From an uncultured Lentisphaerota bacterium (lineage in GTDB: Bacteria; Verrucomicrobiota; Kiritimatiellia; CAIQIC01): 64,000 nucleotides of DNA. Position numbers and translations under genes: made by a program. Below, piece after piece: positions 10,501 through 19,036 of this stretch; the first letter of the stretch is position 1, and each line of letters begins with the position of its first letter. The notes under the pieces were generated by a model, which was given only the letters and a program-made list of their open reading frames with translations, was not told the origin of the DNA and ran no database searches. The DNA lies in contig CAISWQ010000038.1 in NCBI GenBank assembly GCA_903889245.1, positions 68,763-132,762 on the forward strand, given 5' to 3'.

Positions 10501-10588
10501 GGGTGGCGCCTGTGAGGTCGCGTCGCCGGCCGGCGGCGGCGTGACGGTGCTGCTGCGGTTGCCCTTGAAAACGGAGAAGCCAACATGA
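7562..10588 (+). CDS. Membrane sensor histidine kinase with periplasmic two-component-regulator propeller and Y_Y_Y domains, HisKA_3 type
   Basis: Repeated G.LW.GT..GL blades; TFEQLPPGDYSFRV; TM helix; ERTRIAQDLHDEMG; KEALTNLVRHS; DNGRG. Confidence 0.92.
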   Translation: MKSWRQVRLGAGLALLLAGGVAGAAPQDRLADRYSWRLWGREQDFPDTRIRALDFDEQGRLWLATPQGMARFDGVRFNVVTNLPPGIAPVRGWLPDAGGTPWVFGVGGVAHLTRTGWQKVGAQAVGPVHVQAVFTNATGGLWLVGEKTLWFYQHGKLTRVEWPPGMGEDARITSAALDAGQVVWLVVEGRLLAFHEDHWLSEEEARIGHWEHVALVRAEDHGTLVVVEREGLHVRRGGRWRNLPLPPPAVAGDAALLRPTAVLEEANGNNIWLGTAHALYRWSRGTWLNLTDNDIGVPLAVNVLELDRYGDVWAGLDSGLLCLHRRAVTMLRTGEAAQDEPITCLFALAAGQVWAGIKERGLWVVRRNGLEPLELPLKSNQTVTAVAPGEGGWWVGTHGDGLFWMTTTQLVPVASTTAPGSQTITALQRTRDGRLWVGTWAGLYWLPAAAPGTGQQPELRGVPGGQKWNVTALAVEGTGTLWVATAGQGPSRLEPDGTLHYFGERDGVPPTALLCLQADRDGRLWAGCARGLIRWDGQRWQACDLRKDFIVRHLYHDDRGRLWCGTAQGLHCLRPDAVRDALAQRSVSGRYFRMGAADGLPAAECVAQVSQAVTSAGNELFLATPDGVARLSLNIAQTGRRPQAMDIETVSAVGRLLWNRLGCVPGEPLPGTPLLKLPPGSEPVTFEYAMPELFWPDRIRYDYQWKLEGLNEAWSPATTEPRVTFEQLPPGDYSFRVRGRREGDWCEVAQPVRLRVLPFFWQALWFRAVVAALALVTTVLVAWRLLRARYRRRLLRAQQAQALAQERTRIAQDLHDEMGAGLTEISLLGDLATTEAHGPTRTENISLLTQRARALVTKLDEIVWAVNPRHDRLEAVSDFFGSYAQQFLRPAGIACALEVAEALPELPLEARVRHQLFLAFKEALTNLVRHSGATQARLRIAVEAGGLTISVSDNGRGLKAEGAAGLHDGLRSMCARLEKLGGACEVASPAGGGVTVLLRLPLKTEKPT

Positions 10589-11223
10589 TCAAGGTGGCCC
10601 TGGTGGATGATCAGGAAAATGTACGGCGTACCTTGTGTCGCGTCCTGGCGGCCGATGGCGGGATGAAATGTGTCGCCGCCTGCGCCACTGGCGAGGAGGC
10701 CGTGCGGCAGCTCCCCGCCGCCGCGCCCGATGTGGTGCTGATGGATTTGGAGATGCCGGGCATGAAAGGCCACGAGGCCACAGCCCGGCTGCTGGAAAAA
10801 ATGCCCGACCTTGATGTGCTCGTGCTGACCGTGCACGACGACACGGAGCGGATTTTCCAGGCCTTGCGCGCCGGGGCCTGCGGCTACCTGCTCAAGCGCA
10901 CGCCGGCCGCCGGCATCCTCGCCGCCATCCGCGAGGCGCACCGCGGCGGCGCGCCGATGACCGGCGCGATTGCGCGCAAGATTTTGACCGCGTTCCACAA
11001 ACCTGCCCCCGCCGCCGCCAGCGCGCCGGCCGATGAGCACCTCTCGCAGCGCGAGCAGAGCATCCTCCACCTCCTCGCGCAGGGGCAGAGCAACAAGGAG
11101 ATCGCCGAGCACCTCAAGCTCGCGGTCGAGACCGTTTGCTGGAACCTCAAGCGCATCTACCGCAAGCTCCACGTCCAGAGCCGCACCCAGGCGATGCTCA
11201 AATACCGCCCGCCCGCCACCTGA
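10585..11223 (+). CDS. NarL/LuxR family response regulator
   Basis: VALVDD, PDVVLMDLEMP, GYLLK; HTH LSQREQSIL..LAQGQSNKEIA. Confidence 0.95.
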   Translation: MIKVALVDDQENVRRTLCRVLAADGGMKCVAACATGEEAVRQLPAAAPDVVLMDLEMPGMKGHEATARLLEKMPDLDVLVLTVHDDTERIFQALRAGACGYLLKRTPAAGILAAIREAHRGGAPMTGAIARKILTAFHKPAPAAASAPADEHLSQREQSILHLLAQGQSNKEIAEHLKLAVETVCWNLKRIYRKLHVQSRTQAMLKYRPPAT

Positions 11224-11240
11224 CCCGCCGCCCGGCCTCC

Positions 11241-11256
11241 CCCCCATTTTTGGGGG
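11241..11256. promoter_or_regulatory. Palindromic box CCCCCA-TTTT-TGGGGG, candidate response-regulator operator
   Basis: 16-bp dyad just downstream of the regulator gene and upstream of the PEP-CTERM gene; function is inferred. Confidence 0.45.
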
Positions 11257-11346
11257 ATGGCGCGCCGGCCCGCCCGGCTGCTAAACACCCGCCGTCTTTT
11301 TGCACGTCAGGCGATGAGCGGCGAACGCGACATAGGGCCGGCCGGA

Positions 11347-11397
11347 TTTTTCCAAGGGTTGGAAAAATTTCCGGCGTTTTTTCCAAGGCTTGGAAAA
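11347..11397. repeat. TTCCAA-N3-TTGGAA doublet
   Basis: Cores at 11350 and 11381 (31 bp apart). Confidence 0.9.
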
Positions 11398-11439
11398 GCC
11401 ACGGCGGTGAAGCTGGGTGCGCACATGAAGGAGTACACG

Positions 11440-13683
11440 ATGAAGAAACAGGAATGCGGCAGGGCGGGTCTGTGGATGCTGGTGTGGGCGGGGATGCTGG
11501 CGCTGGGCGCGCAGGCGGCGACGACGAACAACCTGGCCAATTACGGCGTCATCACCGGCAACTGGAACACGGTGGGCACCTGGGTCGGCGGGGTCATCCC
11601 GAACGGCGTGGATGTCTTCGCCAATCTGGCGGGCAGCTATGGCGCCGCCGCGGGACAGCGCACCAACATGCTCGATACCTCGGTCTCGCTGGGCGGCATC
11701 CTCATTGGCTGCACCTCAGGCAACGTCAAGTACAGGATCATTGAAGTCACCGGCGGCAACACCATCACGCTGACCAACAGCAGCGGGACGGCCTTCTTGG
11801 AGAAGGCCATCAATGTCAACTCGGGGGTGACCGGGACGGATGATATCCGCCCGCAGCTCATCCTGGCCTCCGATCTCACGATCAGCAACAATAGCGGCTA
11901 TGGCGGCCTGCAGATTTCCGGGAACATCACCGAGGTGGGTCCCGCGCGCTCGCTCTCCATCGGCACGATTTCCAACGCCAACAAGGGTGTGACCCTCGCG
12001 GGCACGAACAGCTACACCGGGACGACGACCATCAACAGCGGGAGCTTGACGATCGGTGGCGCCGGCTTGCTGGGCAGCGGCGGCCTGTATGCGGGCAACA
12101 TCATCAACAACGGCGCGCTCAACTACAACAGCACGGCGTCGCAAACCTTGTCGGGCGCTATCTCCGGCAGCGGTTCGGTGCGGAACGGCGGCAATGGCAC
12201 CCTGGTCCTCGCCGGCGACAACTCGTTCACGGGCGACTTCGGCTGGAGCGCCTCGGGCACCAGCAAGATTTACGTTTCGGCCGAGACCAACATGGGCGCT
12301 GGCGCCAACATCTATATCAAGCAGAACAATCAACTGCACACGACGGCGTCCTTCGCCACGTCCAAGAATGTCATCCTGAATGGCGCGAGTGCCCTCAACC
12401 AGGATTTTTATGTGGACGCCGGTACGTTCACCATCAACGGGCTGATCAGCGACCTCGCGGCGGCCACGGGAGCGCACGTGCGGAAACTGGGTGTGGGCAC
12501 GCTGGTGCTGGGCAATGACGTCAATACCTTCGGCGAAGTGGTGGTCGCCGGCAACGGGGTGTTGAGTGTCGGTACCATCGGGAACGCCGGGGCGAACAGT
12601 GCGCTCGGCACCAACGGCCTCATCAAAATCGGCCAGGGCGTCCTCTCGGGCAACCTCACCTACACGGGCGCGGGGGAAATCAGCGACAAGGTGGTGGATC
12701 TCTTTGGGAGCACGGGCAACGCGACGCTGGACCAGTCGGGCGCCGGCTTGCTCAAGTTCTCCAGCAACCTTTCGAGCTCCGGTTTAGGCGCAAAGACCCT
12801 GACGCTGCAAGGCTCCACGGCGGGCAGCGGCGAACTCGCCGGCGCCCTCACCAACAATGCCAGCGGCGCGCTGGCCCTGATCAAGGATGGGACGGGTTCC
12901 TGGACTCTTTCCGCGGTGAACACCTACAGCGGCGGCACGACGATCAATGCCGGACTCCTGGCGTTGACCGGGGCCGGCAGCCTGGGCAGCGGGCCGATCA
13001 GCATCGCTTCCGCCGGTACGCTGGCGCTAACCGGCTCCGACCTGACGCTGGCCAGCGGCCAGAGCCTGACCAACCGCGGGTTGGTGACGGGCGGCCTGAT
13101 TGTCAGCAGCGGCGCGTTCGCCACTGGCGGCGGCCGGTACCAGAACGTCACCAACGCGCTGGGCGGCACCCTGACGCCCGGCATCGGTGGCGACACGAAC
13201 TATTTCGCCGCCCTGACGCTGGCCGGCGGCTCGACCAACCTCTTCTGGATCGGCAGCGCCGCGACGCATGACATGACCGTCACCACCAACAGCCTCACCT
13301 ACAGCGGCGATGGCGTGGCCATGCCGCAACTGGCGCTGAACATGGGCAGCTATACCTGGCAGATGGGCGATCAACTCGTGCTTTTCAACAACACCTTCGC
13401 CGGCCTGAGCGCCTTTGATGGCACCAACCGCTGGTTCCAACTGCAGGACGCTTTTGGCGCCGTGACCAACCTCTATAACAATGTGCTCTTCAGCGCCGTC
13501 ACCGGCGGCAGCGCCACCAATCTCTTCAGCATCCGGTATGACTTCAACAACGATGGCACCGCCAATGACATTCTGATCACCGCGATTCCGGAGCCGGCCT
13601 CGCTCAACCTGCTGCTGATGTTGGGCGCGGCCTACTGGCTGCGACGGCGCTGGCATGGTCAGAAACGCCGCTGGAACGGATAA
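11440..13683 (+). CDS. PEP-CTERM surface protein with autotransporter-associated beta-strand repeats
   Basis: RBS AAGGAG before ATG 11440; signal peptide; repeats K.G.GTL.L...NTYSGGTTIN.G.L; C-terminal AIPEPASLNLLLMLGAAYWLRRR. Confidence 0.9.
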   Translation: MKKQECGRAGLWMLVWAGMLALGAQAATTNNLANYGVITGNWNTVGTWVGGVIPNGVDVFANLAGSYGAAAGQRTNMLDTSVSLGGILIGCTSGNVKYRIIEVTGGNTITLTNSSGTAFLEKAINVNSGVTGTDDIRPQLILASDLTISNNSGYGGLQISGNITEVGPARSLSIGTISNANKGVTLAGTNSYTGTTTINSGSLTIGGAGLLGSGGLYAGNIINNGALNYNSTASQTLSGAISGSGSVRNGGNGTLVLAGDNSFTGDFGWSASGTSKIYVSAETNMGAGANIYIKQNNQLHTTASFATSKNVILNGASALNQDFYVDAGTFTINGLISDLAAATGAHVRKLGVGTLVLGNDVNTFGEVVVAGNGVLSVGTIGNAGANSALGTNGLIKIGQGVLSGNLTYTGAGEISDKVVDLFGSTGNATLDQSGAGLLKFSSNLSSSGLGAKTLTLQGSTAGSGELAGALTNNASGALALIKDGTGSWTLSAVNTYSGGTTINAGLLALTGAGSLGSGPISIASAGTLALTGSDLTLASGQSLTNRGLVTGGLIVSSGAFATGGGRYQNVTNALGGTLTPGIGGDTNYFAALTLAGGSTNLFWIGSAATHDMTVTTNSLTYSGDGVAMPQLALNMGSYTWQMGDQLVLFNNTFAGLSAFDGTNRWFQLQDAFGAVTNLYNNVLFSAVTGGSATNLFSIRYDFNNDGTANDILITAIPEPASLNLLLMLGAAYWLRRRWHGQKRRWNG

Positions 13684-13712
13684 GAAATTGCTTCTAGGCA
13701 GGACACACACAC

Positions 13713-13761
13713 GCCGGCCGGCCCCGGCCATCCCCTGACCGCGGGCCGGTCGGTTTCTTTT
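13713..13761 (+). terminator. Probable rho-independent terminator
   Basis: Stem GCCGGCCGGCCC / GGGCCGGTCGGT (with G-U pairs) followed by TTCTTTT, about 30 nt after the PEP-CTERM stop. Confidence 0.5.
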
Positions 13762-13837
13762 GGCAGGCGGTGGTTGCAGTGCATGCCACTGGATAGCCGG
13801 GGGAAACACTGGGTCGCGACGCGCAGGCATATTGCCC

Positions 13838-14497
13838 ATGATGATGAAACAAACGGACCGGCGGGCGTTCACGATGATCGAGTTGCTGGTGGTCATTGTC
13901 ATCATCGCCATTCTGGCCGGGCTCCTGTTGCCGGCGGTTATCGGTGGCCTCAAGAAAGCGGATATCACCCAGGCGCAGGCCGAGATTCGCATGATCGAGG
14001 CGGCCCTCCGGGCCTACCGCGTGGATTATGGCAAATATCCCAACGAGGGGCAGGGCAACGACGAACTTTATTGGGGCTATGACTCGCTCATAGACACGTT
14101 ATGCGGAAGCAATAAGACTGGCTCGGTGGCGGACCTGCTTTGCATCGGCGGGTGCAACTGGCGGAATCAGAATCCGCGCCAGCGGGTGTATCTGCAGGTT
14201 CACGGCAGGAGCATCCAGACCAATGCGCCCTCCGCCAGTACGATCTGGATCACGGTCGGCAAAAACGACCTCTATGTGGAAGCGCGGCGCGGCGAGTTCG
14301 CGGATCCGTGGGGGAACCGCTATGTCGTGTCCGTCTCCATGAATCACGACGGCAAAGTGGGCAACGCGCGCCCGGACTTTGGCGATGGCGAGGTGGTTCA
14401 AAACGAGGTGGCCGTCTGGTCGTGGGGGCCGACCAACCAGGCCAGCCAGTGCAAACCCAACAAGGATGACAAAACCCATATCCGCTCGTGGCGCTGA
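13838..14497 (+). CDS. Prepilin-type N-terminal cleavage/methylation protein (GspG-like pseudopilin)
   Basis: RAFTMIELLVVIVIIAILAGLLLPA; AYRVDYGKYP; DPWGNRY; VWSWGP. Confidence 0.88.
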   Translation: MMMKQTDRRAFTMIELLVVIVIIAILAGLLLPAVIGGLKKADITQAQAEIRMIEAALRAYRVDYGKYPNEGQGNDELYWGYDSLIDTLCGSNKTGSVADLLCIGGCNWRNQNPRQRVYLQVHGRSIQTNAPSASTIWITVGKNDLYVEARRGEFADPWGNRYVVSVSMNHDGKVGNARPDFGDGEVVQNEVAVWSWGPTNQASQCKPNKDDKTHIRSWR

Positions 14498-14678
14498 CAA
14501 GCCCCGCACCCAACGGGCGCATACAAGTTTTTTCGCATCAGGGGGAATCCCCGCGCAATAGGAACCGGCCCGCTCCGTTATGAATGGATGGCATTGGCCC
14601 TGCGCTGGTGACCACAGGCGAGCAGATGAACTTCACCCGTTCGTTGTCGCCGTTGGTGCCGGGAAGCTGGCTGCTGGG

Positions 14679-14730
14679 TTTTCCAATGCTTGGAAAAAGC
14701 GCTGATGCCACTTTCCAATCCTTGGAAAAA
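14679..14730. repeat. TTCCAA-N3-TTGGAA doublet within a 40-codon orphan ORF (14626-14748)
   Basis: Cores at 14681 and 14713 (32 bp apart). Confidence 0.9.
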
Positions 14731-14779
14731 CTCGCCGGCGCGGTATGACCACGACCCCGTTACGTCCGGGAAAGGGACT

Positions 14780-17575
14780 ATGAAAACTGTCTGCCGGGTG
14801 CTGGTGTGCGTGGCCGCGCTGCTTTCATGCGCGGCGGCGGAGACGGAGTTGCGAGTGGTGGAGTTGACGTGCGAACACGCCCGTGATCCGCTGGGCATCG
14901 CGCTGCGCGCGCCCCGCTTGAGCTGGCAGTTGGTGTCTGCCGCGCGCGGGCAGAGCCAGACGGCGTACCGGATTCTGGCGGCGCGCAGCCGGGAGGCGCT
15001 CGCGGCGGGGCGTGGCGACGCGTGGGATTCCGGCAAGGTGGCCTCGGCGGGAAGTGTGCTGGTGCCATGCGGCGGGAAGCTGCCCAAGGCTGGCGAGCGC
15101 GTCTGGTGGCAGGTGCAAGTCTGGGATCGGGAGAACCGCGCTTCGCCGTGGTCGGAGCCGGCGTTCTTCGAGGTCGGCCTGCTCAACGCGGCAGACTGGG
15201 GTGGTGCGCAGTGGATCCGGCTTGCCGGCGATCCGCGCTCCTCGGAACTTGCCGAGCGCAAGCTACAGACGAAAAACATGAAGGCGCCCGTGACACGTCG
15301 CGCGTTTCCCGCGCCGCTGTTGCGGCGCGAATTTGCGGTGCGGCAGGGAGTGGCGCGCGCCCGCGCCTATGTCTGTGGCTTGGGCCTGCATGAGTTGTTC
15401 ATCAATGGCCAGCGGATGGGCCATGATGTTTTGCAGCCGGCGGTAACGACGTATGACGAGCGTGCGTTCGCCGTTGCCTATGATGTGACGGCGGCGCTCA
15501 CGCCGGGACGCAACGCGATGGGGCTGGCGCTGGGCAACGGCTTCTTCGGCCAGAATCTGGCGTTCACCGTGAATTTCCTGCACTGGGGCCCGCCGGTGGC
15601 ACTGGCCAAACTCGTCATTGAGTATGGCGATGGCACCAGCGAGACGATCATCAGCGATGCCGCTTGGCACGCGGGCACCGGGCCGGTGGTCTTCGACAAT
15701 CTCTATGCCGGCGAAAGCTTCGACGCGCGGCTCGCCGTGGACGGCTGGTCACGGGCCGGCTTTGATGACAAAACTTGGAAAACCGTCGAGGTGGTGCCTG
15801 CGCCGACGAAGCGCGTCGAGATGCAAATGCTCCAGCCGTGCCGACGGATCAGCGAACTCAAACCGGTGAGCGTCAAGCGGACACCGGATGGCCGCTGGTT
15901 GGTGGATCTGGGCCGCAACATCGCCGGCTGGGTCCGTTTGCGGGTGACGCAGCCGGCGGGTACGCGCCTCACGTTGCGTTTCGCCGAAATTTTGAGCCAC
16001 GACGGTACGCGGTTGGAGACGGGCTCCACGGGCCACTTCGCCACCGGCTGCGAGCAGGCCGACCTCTACGTCTGCCGCGGCGGCGGCGTGGAAACGTGGG
16101 AGCCGCGCTTCACCTATCACGGTTTCCGTCACGTGGAAATCGCCGGTTGCGCCACGGAGCCGGATGTGACCGGCGTCGTGGTCAATACGGCGTTGGAGGC
16201 GCAGGGTGCCTTCACCTGCCCGGACCCGCTGCTCAAGCGCATCTATGATGTTTCGCTCTGGACGATCGAGGGCAACCTCCACGGTACGACCGAGGACTGT
16301 CCGCACCGCGAGCGGTGCGCGTGGCTTGGCGATGCGCATGCACAGGCGGCGACCACGCTGCTGAACTACAAGGCAGCGCCGCTCTTCGCCAAGTTCATGG
16401 ACGATGTCGAGACCGTGCTCGGGCGCGGCGGCCAGACCTACGAGAAAAAGCCGGCCACGCCCGGTATTCCGTGCAACATCGCCGTCGGCCGGCGGCTGTG
16501 TCAGGAGGCGCGCCCCGACTGGGGCGTGGCGGTCGTCCTGCTGCCGTGGGAGGTCTATCGCTACACCGGCGACGACAGCGTGATCCGCACCCACTATCCG
16601 CTGATGACGCGGTGGGTGGACTATGTATCGGCAATGGCCGTCGAGGACATCGTCAACCAAGGTTATGGCGACTGGTGTCCGCCCGGCGGCAACGAGCACA
16701 TCGAATGCCCCGTGCCGCTCTCCTCGACGGCGTTGCATATCGCCGCGCTGCGGTTGATGGCCGACGCCGCGCGTCTGCTGGAGAAGCCGGCGGAGGCCGA
16801 ATGTTTTGCGGCTGCGGCCCAGCGCTTCCACGCGGCCTTCAACCGGCGCTTCTACGATGTCAAGGCGCACTCCTACGGCAGCCAGACGGCCAATGTGCTC
16901 GCGCTGCGCTTTGGTCTGGCGCCGGAGGGCGCGCGGCTGGCGGTCGGCGCCGCGCTGGCGCGCGAGGTGGGCGAGCGCCATCAGGGCCATCCGTTCATCG
17001 GCATCCATGGCGGCGTTGGACTCTTTACGCTGTTGGGCGATACCGGTCATGCCGATGTCGCGTGGCGCGCGCTGAACGTGGCCGGCTATCCGGGCTTCAA
17101 GTTTGTGCTCGGCCTGGGCCTGACCACGTGGCCGGAACGCTATGACGCCGACTTTGATCCGGCCACCGCCCGCTCGCTCAATCACCCGATGCAGTCGGGT
17201 TTCGCCACGTGGTTCCATGAAGCGGTCGGCGGCCTGCGCCCGCTCGCGCCCGGCTTCCGCCAGTTCGAACTGCGCCCGCAGATGATGCGTTGGCTCGACG
17301 CGGCGCGCGTCGAGCACCGCTCGCCCTACGGCGCGATCATCAGCGACTACCACCGCGCAGGCGGCAATATGCACTGGAGCGTCACCGTGCCCGTGGGCAC
17401 CGAAGCCTTCGTCACGCTACCGGCCGACAACGCCGACGCTGTGCGCGAGTCCGGCCAACCGCTCGCGCAAGCCCGCGGAATTTCCGCCGTCCGCGCCGCA
17501 AACCAAACGGTGGGTTTCACGCTCGCCTCTGGTAGTTTTGCTTTTGTGTTGCCGTTAGCCAGCGCAGGGAAATAA
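14780..17575 (+). CDS. GH78 alpha-L-rhamnosidase
   Basis: Signal peptide; PRLSW..QTAYRI, WDSGKV, WEPRFTYHGFR, EDCPHRERCAWLGD, YGDWCPP, SLNHPM. Confidence 0.92.
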   Translation: MKTVCRVLVCVAALLSCAAAETELRVVELTCEHARDPLGIALRAPRLSWQLVSAARGQSQTAYRILAARSREALAAGRGDAWDSGKVASAGSVLVPCGGKLPKAGERVWWQVQVWDRENRASPWSEPAFFEVGLLNAADWGGAQWIRLAGDPRSSELAERKLQTKNMKAPVTRRAFPAPLLRREFAVRQGVARARAYVCGLGLHELFINGQRMGHDVLQPAVTTYDERAFAVAYDVTAALTPGRNAMGLALGNGFFGQNLAFTVNFLHWGPPVALAKLVIEYGDGTSETIISDAAWHAGTGPVVFDNLYAGESFDARLAVDGWSRAGFDDKTWKTVEVVPAPTKRVEMQMLQPCRRISELKPVSVKRTPDGRWLVDLGRNIAGWVRLRVTQPAGTRLTLRFAEILSHDGTRLETGSTGHFATGCEQADLYVCRGGGVETWEPRFTYHGFRHVEIAGCATEPDVTGVVVNTALEAQGAFTCPDPLLKRIYDVSLWTIEGNLHGTTEDCPHRERCAWLGDAHAQAATTLLNYKAAPLFAKFMDDVETVLGRGGQTYEKKPATPGIPCNIAVGRRLCQEARPDWGVAVVLLPWEVYRYTGDDSVIRTHYPLMTRWVDYVSAMAVEDIVNQGYGDWCPPGGNEHIECPVPLSSTALHIAALRLMADAARLLEKPAEAECFAAAAQRFHAAFNRRFYDVKAHSYGSQTANVLALRFGLAPEGARLAVGAALAREVGERHQGHPFIGIHGGVGLFTLLGDTGHADVAWRALNVAGYPGFKFVLGLGLTTWPERYDADFDPATARSLNHPMQSGFATWFHEAVGGLRPLAPGFRQFELRPQMMRWLDAARVEHRSPYGAIISDYHRAGGNMHWSVTVPVGTEAFVTLPADNADAVRESGQPLAQARGISAVRAANQTVGFTLASGSFAFVLPLASAGK

Positions 17576-17586
17576 TCAACCTCACC

Positions 17587-19026
17587 ATGAAAACATTGCC
17601 TGCCATTCTTACGGTGTTTTGCGTTTTTCCAATGCTTGGAAAAAGTGCCGACTCCACTTTCCAACCCTTGGAAAAACCGCCGCGCCCGAACATCGTCTAT
17701 ATCCTCGCCGATGATCTTGGCTTCGCCGACGTGGGTTTCCACGGGCCGGAGATCAAGACGCCGCACATCGACAAGCTCGCCGCCGCCGGCACGAAGCTGG
17801 AAGCGTTCTACGTCCTGCCGGTCTGCACGCCGACGCGCTCGGCGCTGATGACCGGCCGCTACCCGATCCGCTACGGCCGCCAGTACAACGTCATCCGCCC
17901 CGGCTCGCAGGTCGGGCTCGCGCTCGAAGAGCGCCTGCTGCCGCAGGCCCTGCGCGAGGCCGGCTACGCGACGGCGCTGTGCGGCAAGTGGCACCTTGGC
18001 GATTTCAAGGCGGAATATCTGCCGATGGCGCGCGGCTTCGAGCACCAGTTCGGCTTCTGCTCGCACGGCGAAAAATTCACGCACTTCCCGAAAGGCGACT
18101 GCGGCTTGATGCGCGACCAGAAGCCGATCACCGAAGAAGGCTACCTCGCGCACATGACCGCCAACGAGGCGATCCGCCAGATCGAACAGCGTGATGTGAA
18201 CAAGCCGCTCTTCCTCTACGTCGCGTTCAACGCGGTACACAATCCGCTGGAGTGTCCGCCAGAATATGCCAAACCCTATGCAGCGCTCGGCCCGACGCGC
18301 AGCCTCTACGCTGGCATGACCGCCGCGATGGATGAGGACATCGGGAAAATCCTCGAGGCTATCGGGCGCGCCGGCATGGCCAGCAACACGCTCATCATCT
18401 TCCACAGCGACAACGGCGGGCTGACCACCAAGGGCAAGATCGCCAGCAACGCGCCGCTGCGCGGCGGCAAGGGCTCGCTCTATGAGGGCGGCGTCCGTGC
18501 CTGCGCCTGCGCCACGTGGCCCGTCCATATCCCGGCCGGCGCGGCGCTCAAGGAGCCGCTGCACGTCGTGGACTGGTATCCCACGCTGCTCAAGCTCGCG
18601 GGCGCCGCGCTCGAGCAGAAGCAACCGCTCGATGGACGCGATATCTGGCCGGTGCTCACCCAGAACAAACCTTCGCCGCACGATGTGCTCCTGCTCAACA
18701 CCGTCGGCCGCACCGGCGCCGTGCGCATGGGCGACTGGAAGCTCGTCCGCAATGGCAAGTGGGACGACGACGAGGACAGCAGCGGCGCGAAGCCGACGCG
18801 CGAGGAGAAGCAGAAGCAGCGGCTGGCGCGGCGCGACGCGCCCGACACCTTCGAGCTGTTCAACCTCGCGCAGGACCTCGGCGAAAAAAATAATCTGGCC
18901 CAGCAGCAACCCGACAAGGTGAAGGAACTCACCGCGCGGCTGGACGCCTTCGCCAAGGAGGCGGTCCCGCCGGACCTGGGGCCGCGGCCCGCCGGCGCGA
19001 AGAAGGGCAAGACTTCCGAAAAATGA
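17587..19026 (+). CDS. Arylsulfatase (family S1, ARSB-like)
   Basis: PNIVYILADDLG, CTPTRSALMTG, GKWHLG, SDNGG, KGSLYEGGVR. Confidence 0.95.
   Translation: MKTLPAILTVFCVFPMLGKSADSTFQPLEKPPRPNIVYILADDLGFADVGFHGPEIKTPHIDKLAAAGTKLEAFYVLPVCTPTRSALMTGRYPIRYGRQYNVIRPGSQVGLALEERLLPQALREAGYATALCGKWHLGDFKAEYLPMARGFEHQFGFCSHGEKFTHFPKGDCGLMRDQKPITEEGYLAHMTANEAIRQIEQRDVNKPLFLYVAFNAVHNPLECPPEYAKPYAALGPTRSLYAGMTAAMDEDIGKILEAIGRAGMASNTLIIFHSDNGGLTTKGKIASNAPLRGGKGSLYEGGVRACACATWPVHIPAGAALKEPLHVVDWYPTLLKLAGAALEQKQPLDGRDIWPVLTQNKPSPHDVLLLNTVGRTGAVRMGDWKLVRNGKWDDDEDSSGAKPTREEKQKQRLARRDAPDTFELFNLAQDLGEKNNLAQQQPDKVKELTARLDAFAKEAVPPDLGPRPAGAKKGKTSEK
17624..17676. repeat. TTCCAA-N3-TTGGAA doublet encoded in a sulfatase signal/linker
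   Basis: Cores at 17627 and 17659 (32 bp apart); translates FPMLGKSADSTFQPLEK. Confidence 0.92.
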
Positions 19027-19036
19027 AAGGCACACC

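Noticed and set aside
14561-14580. GGAACC...CGTT as an ECF sigma promoter
   Set aside because: Spacing between the two elements is only about 9 nt, too short.
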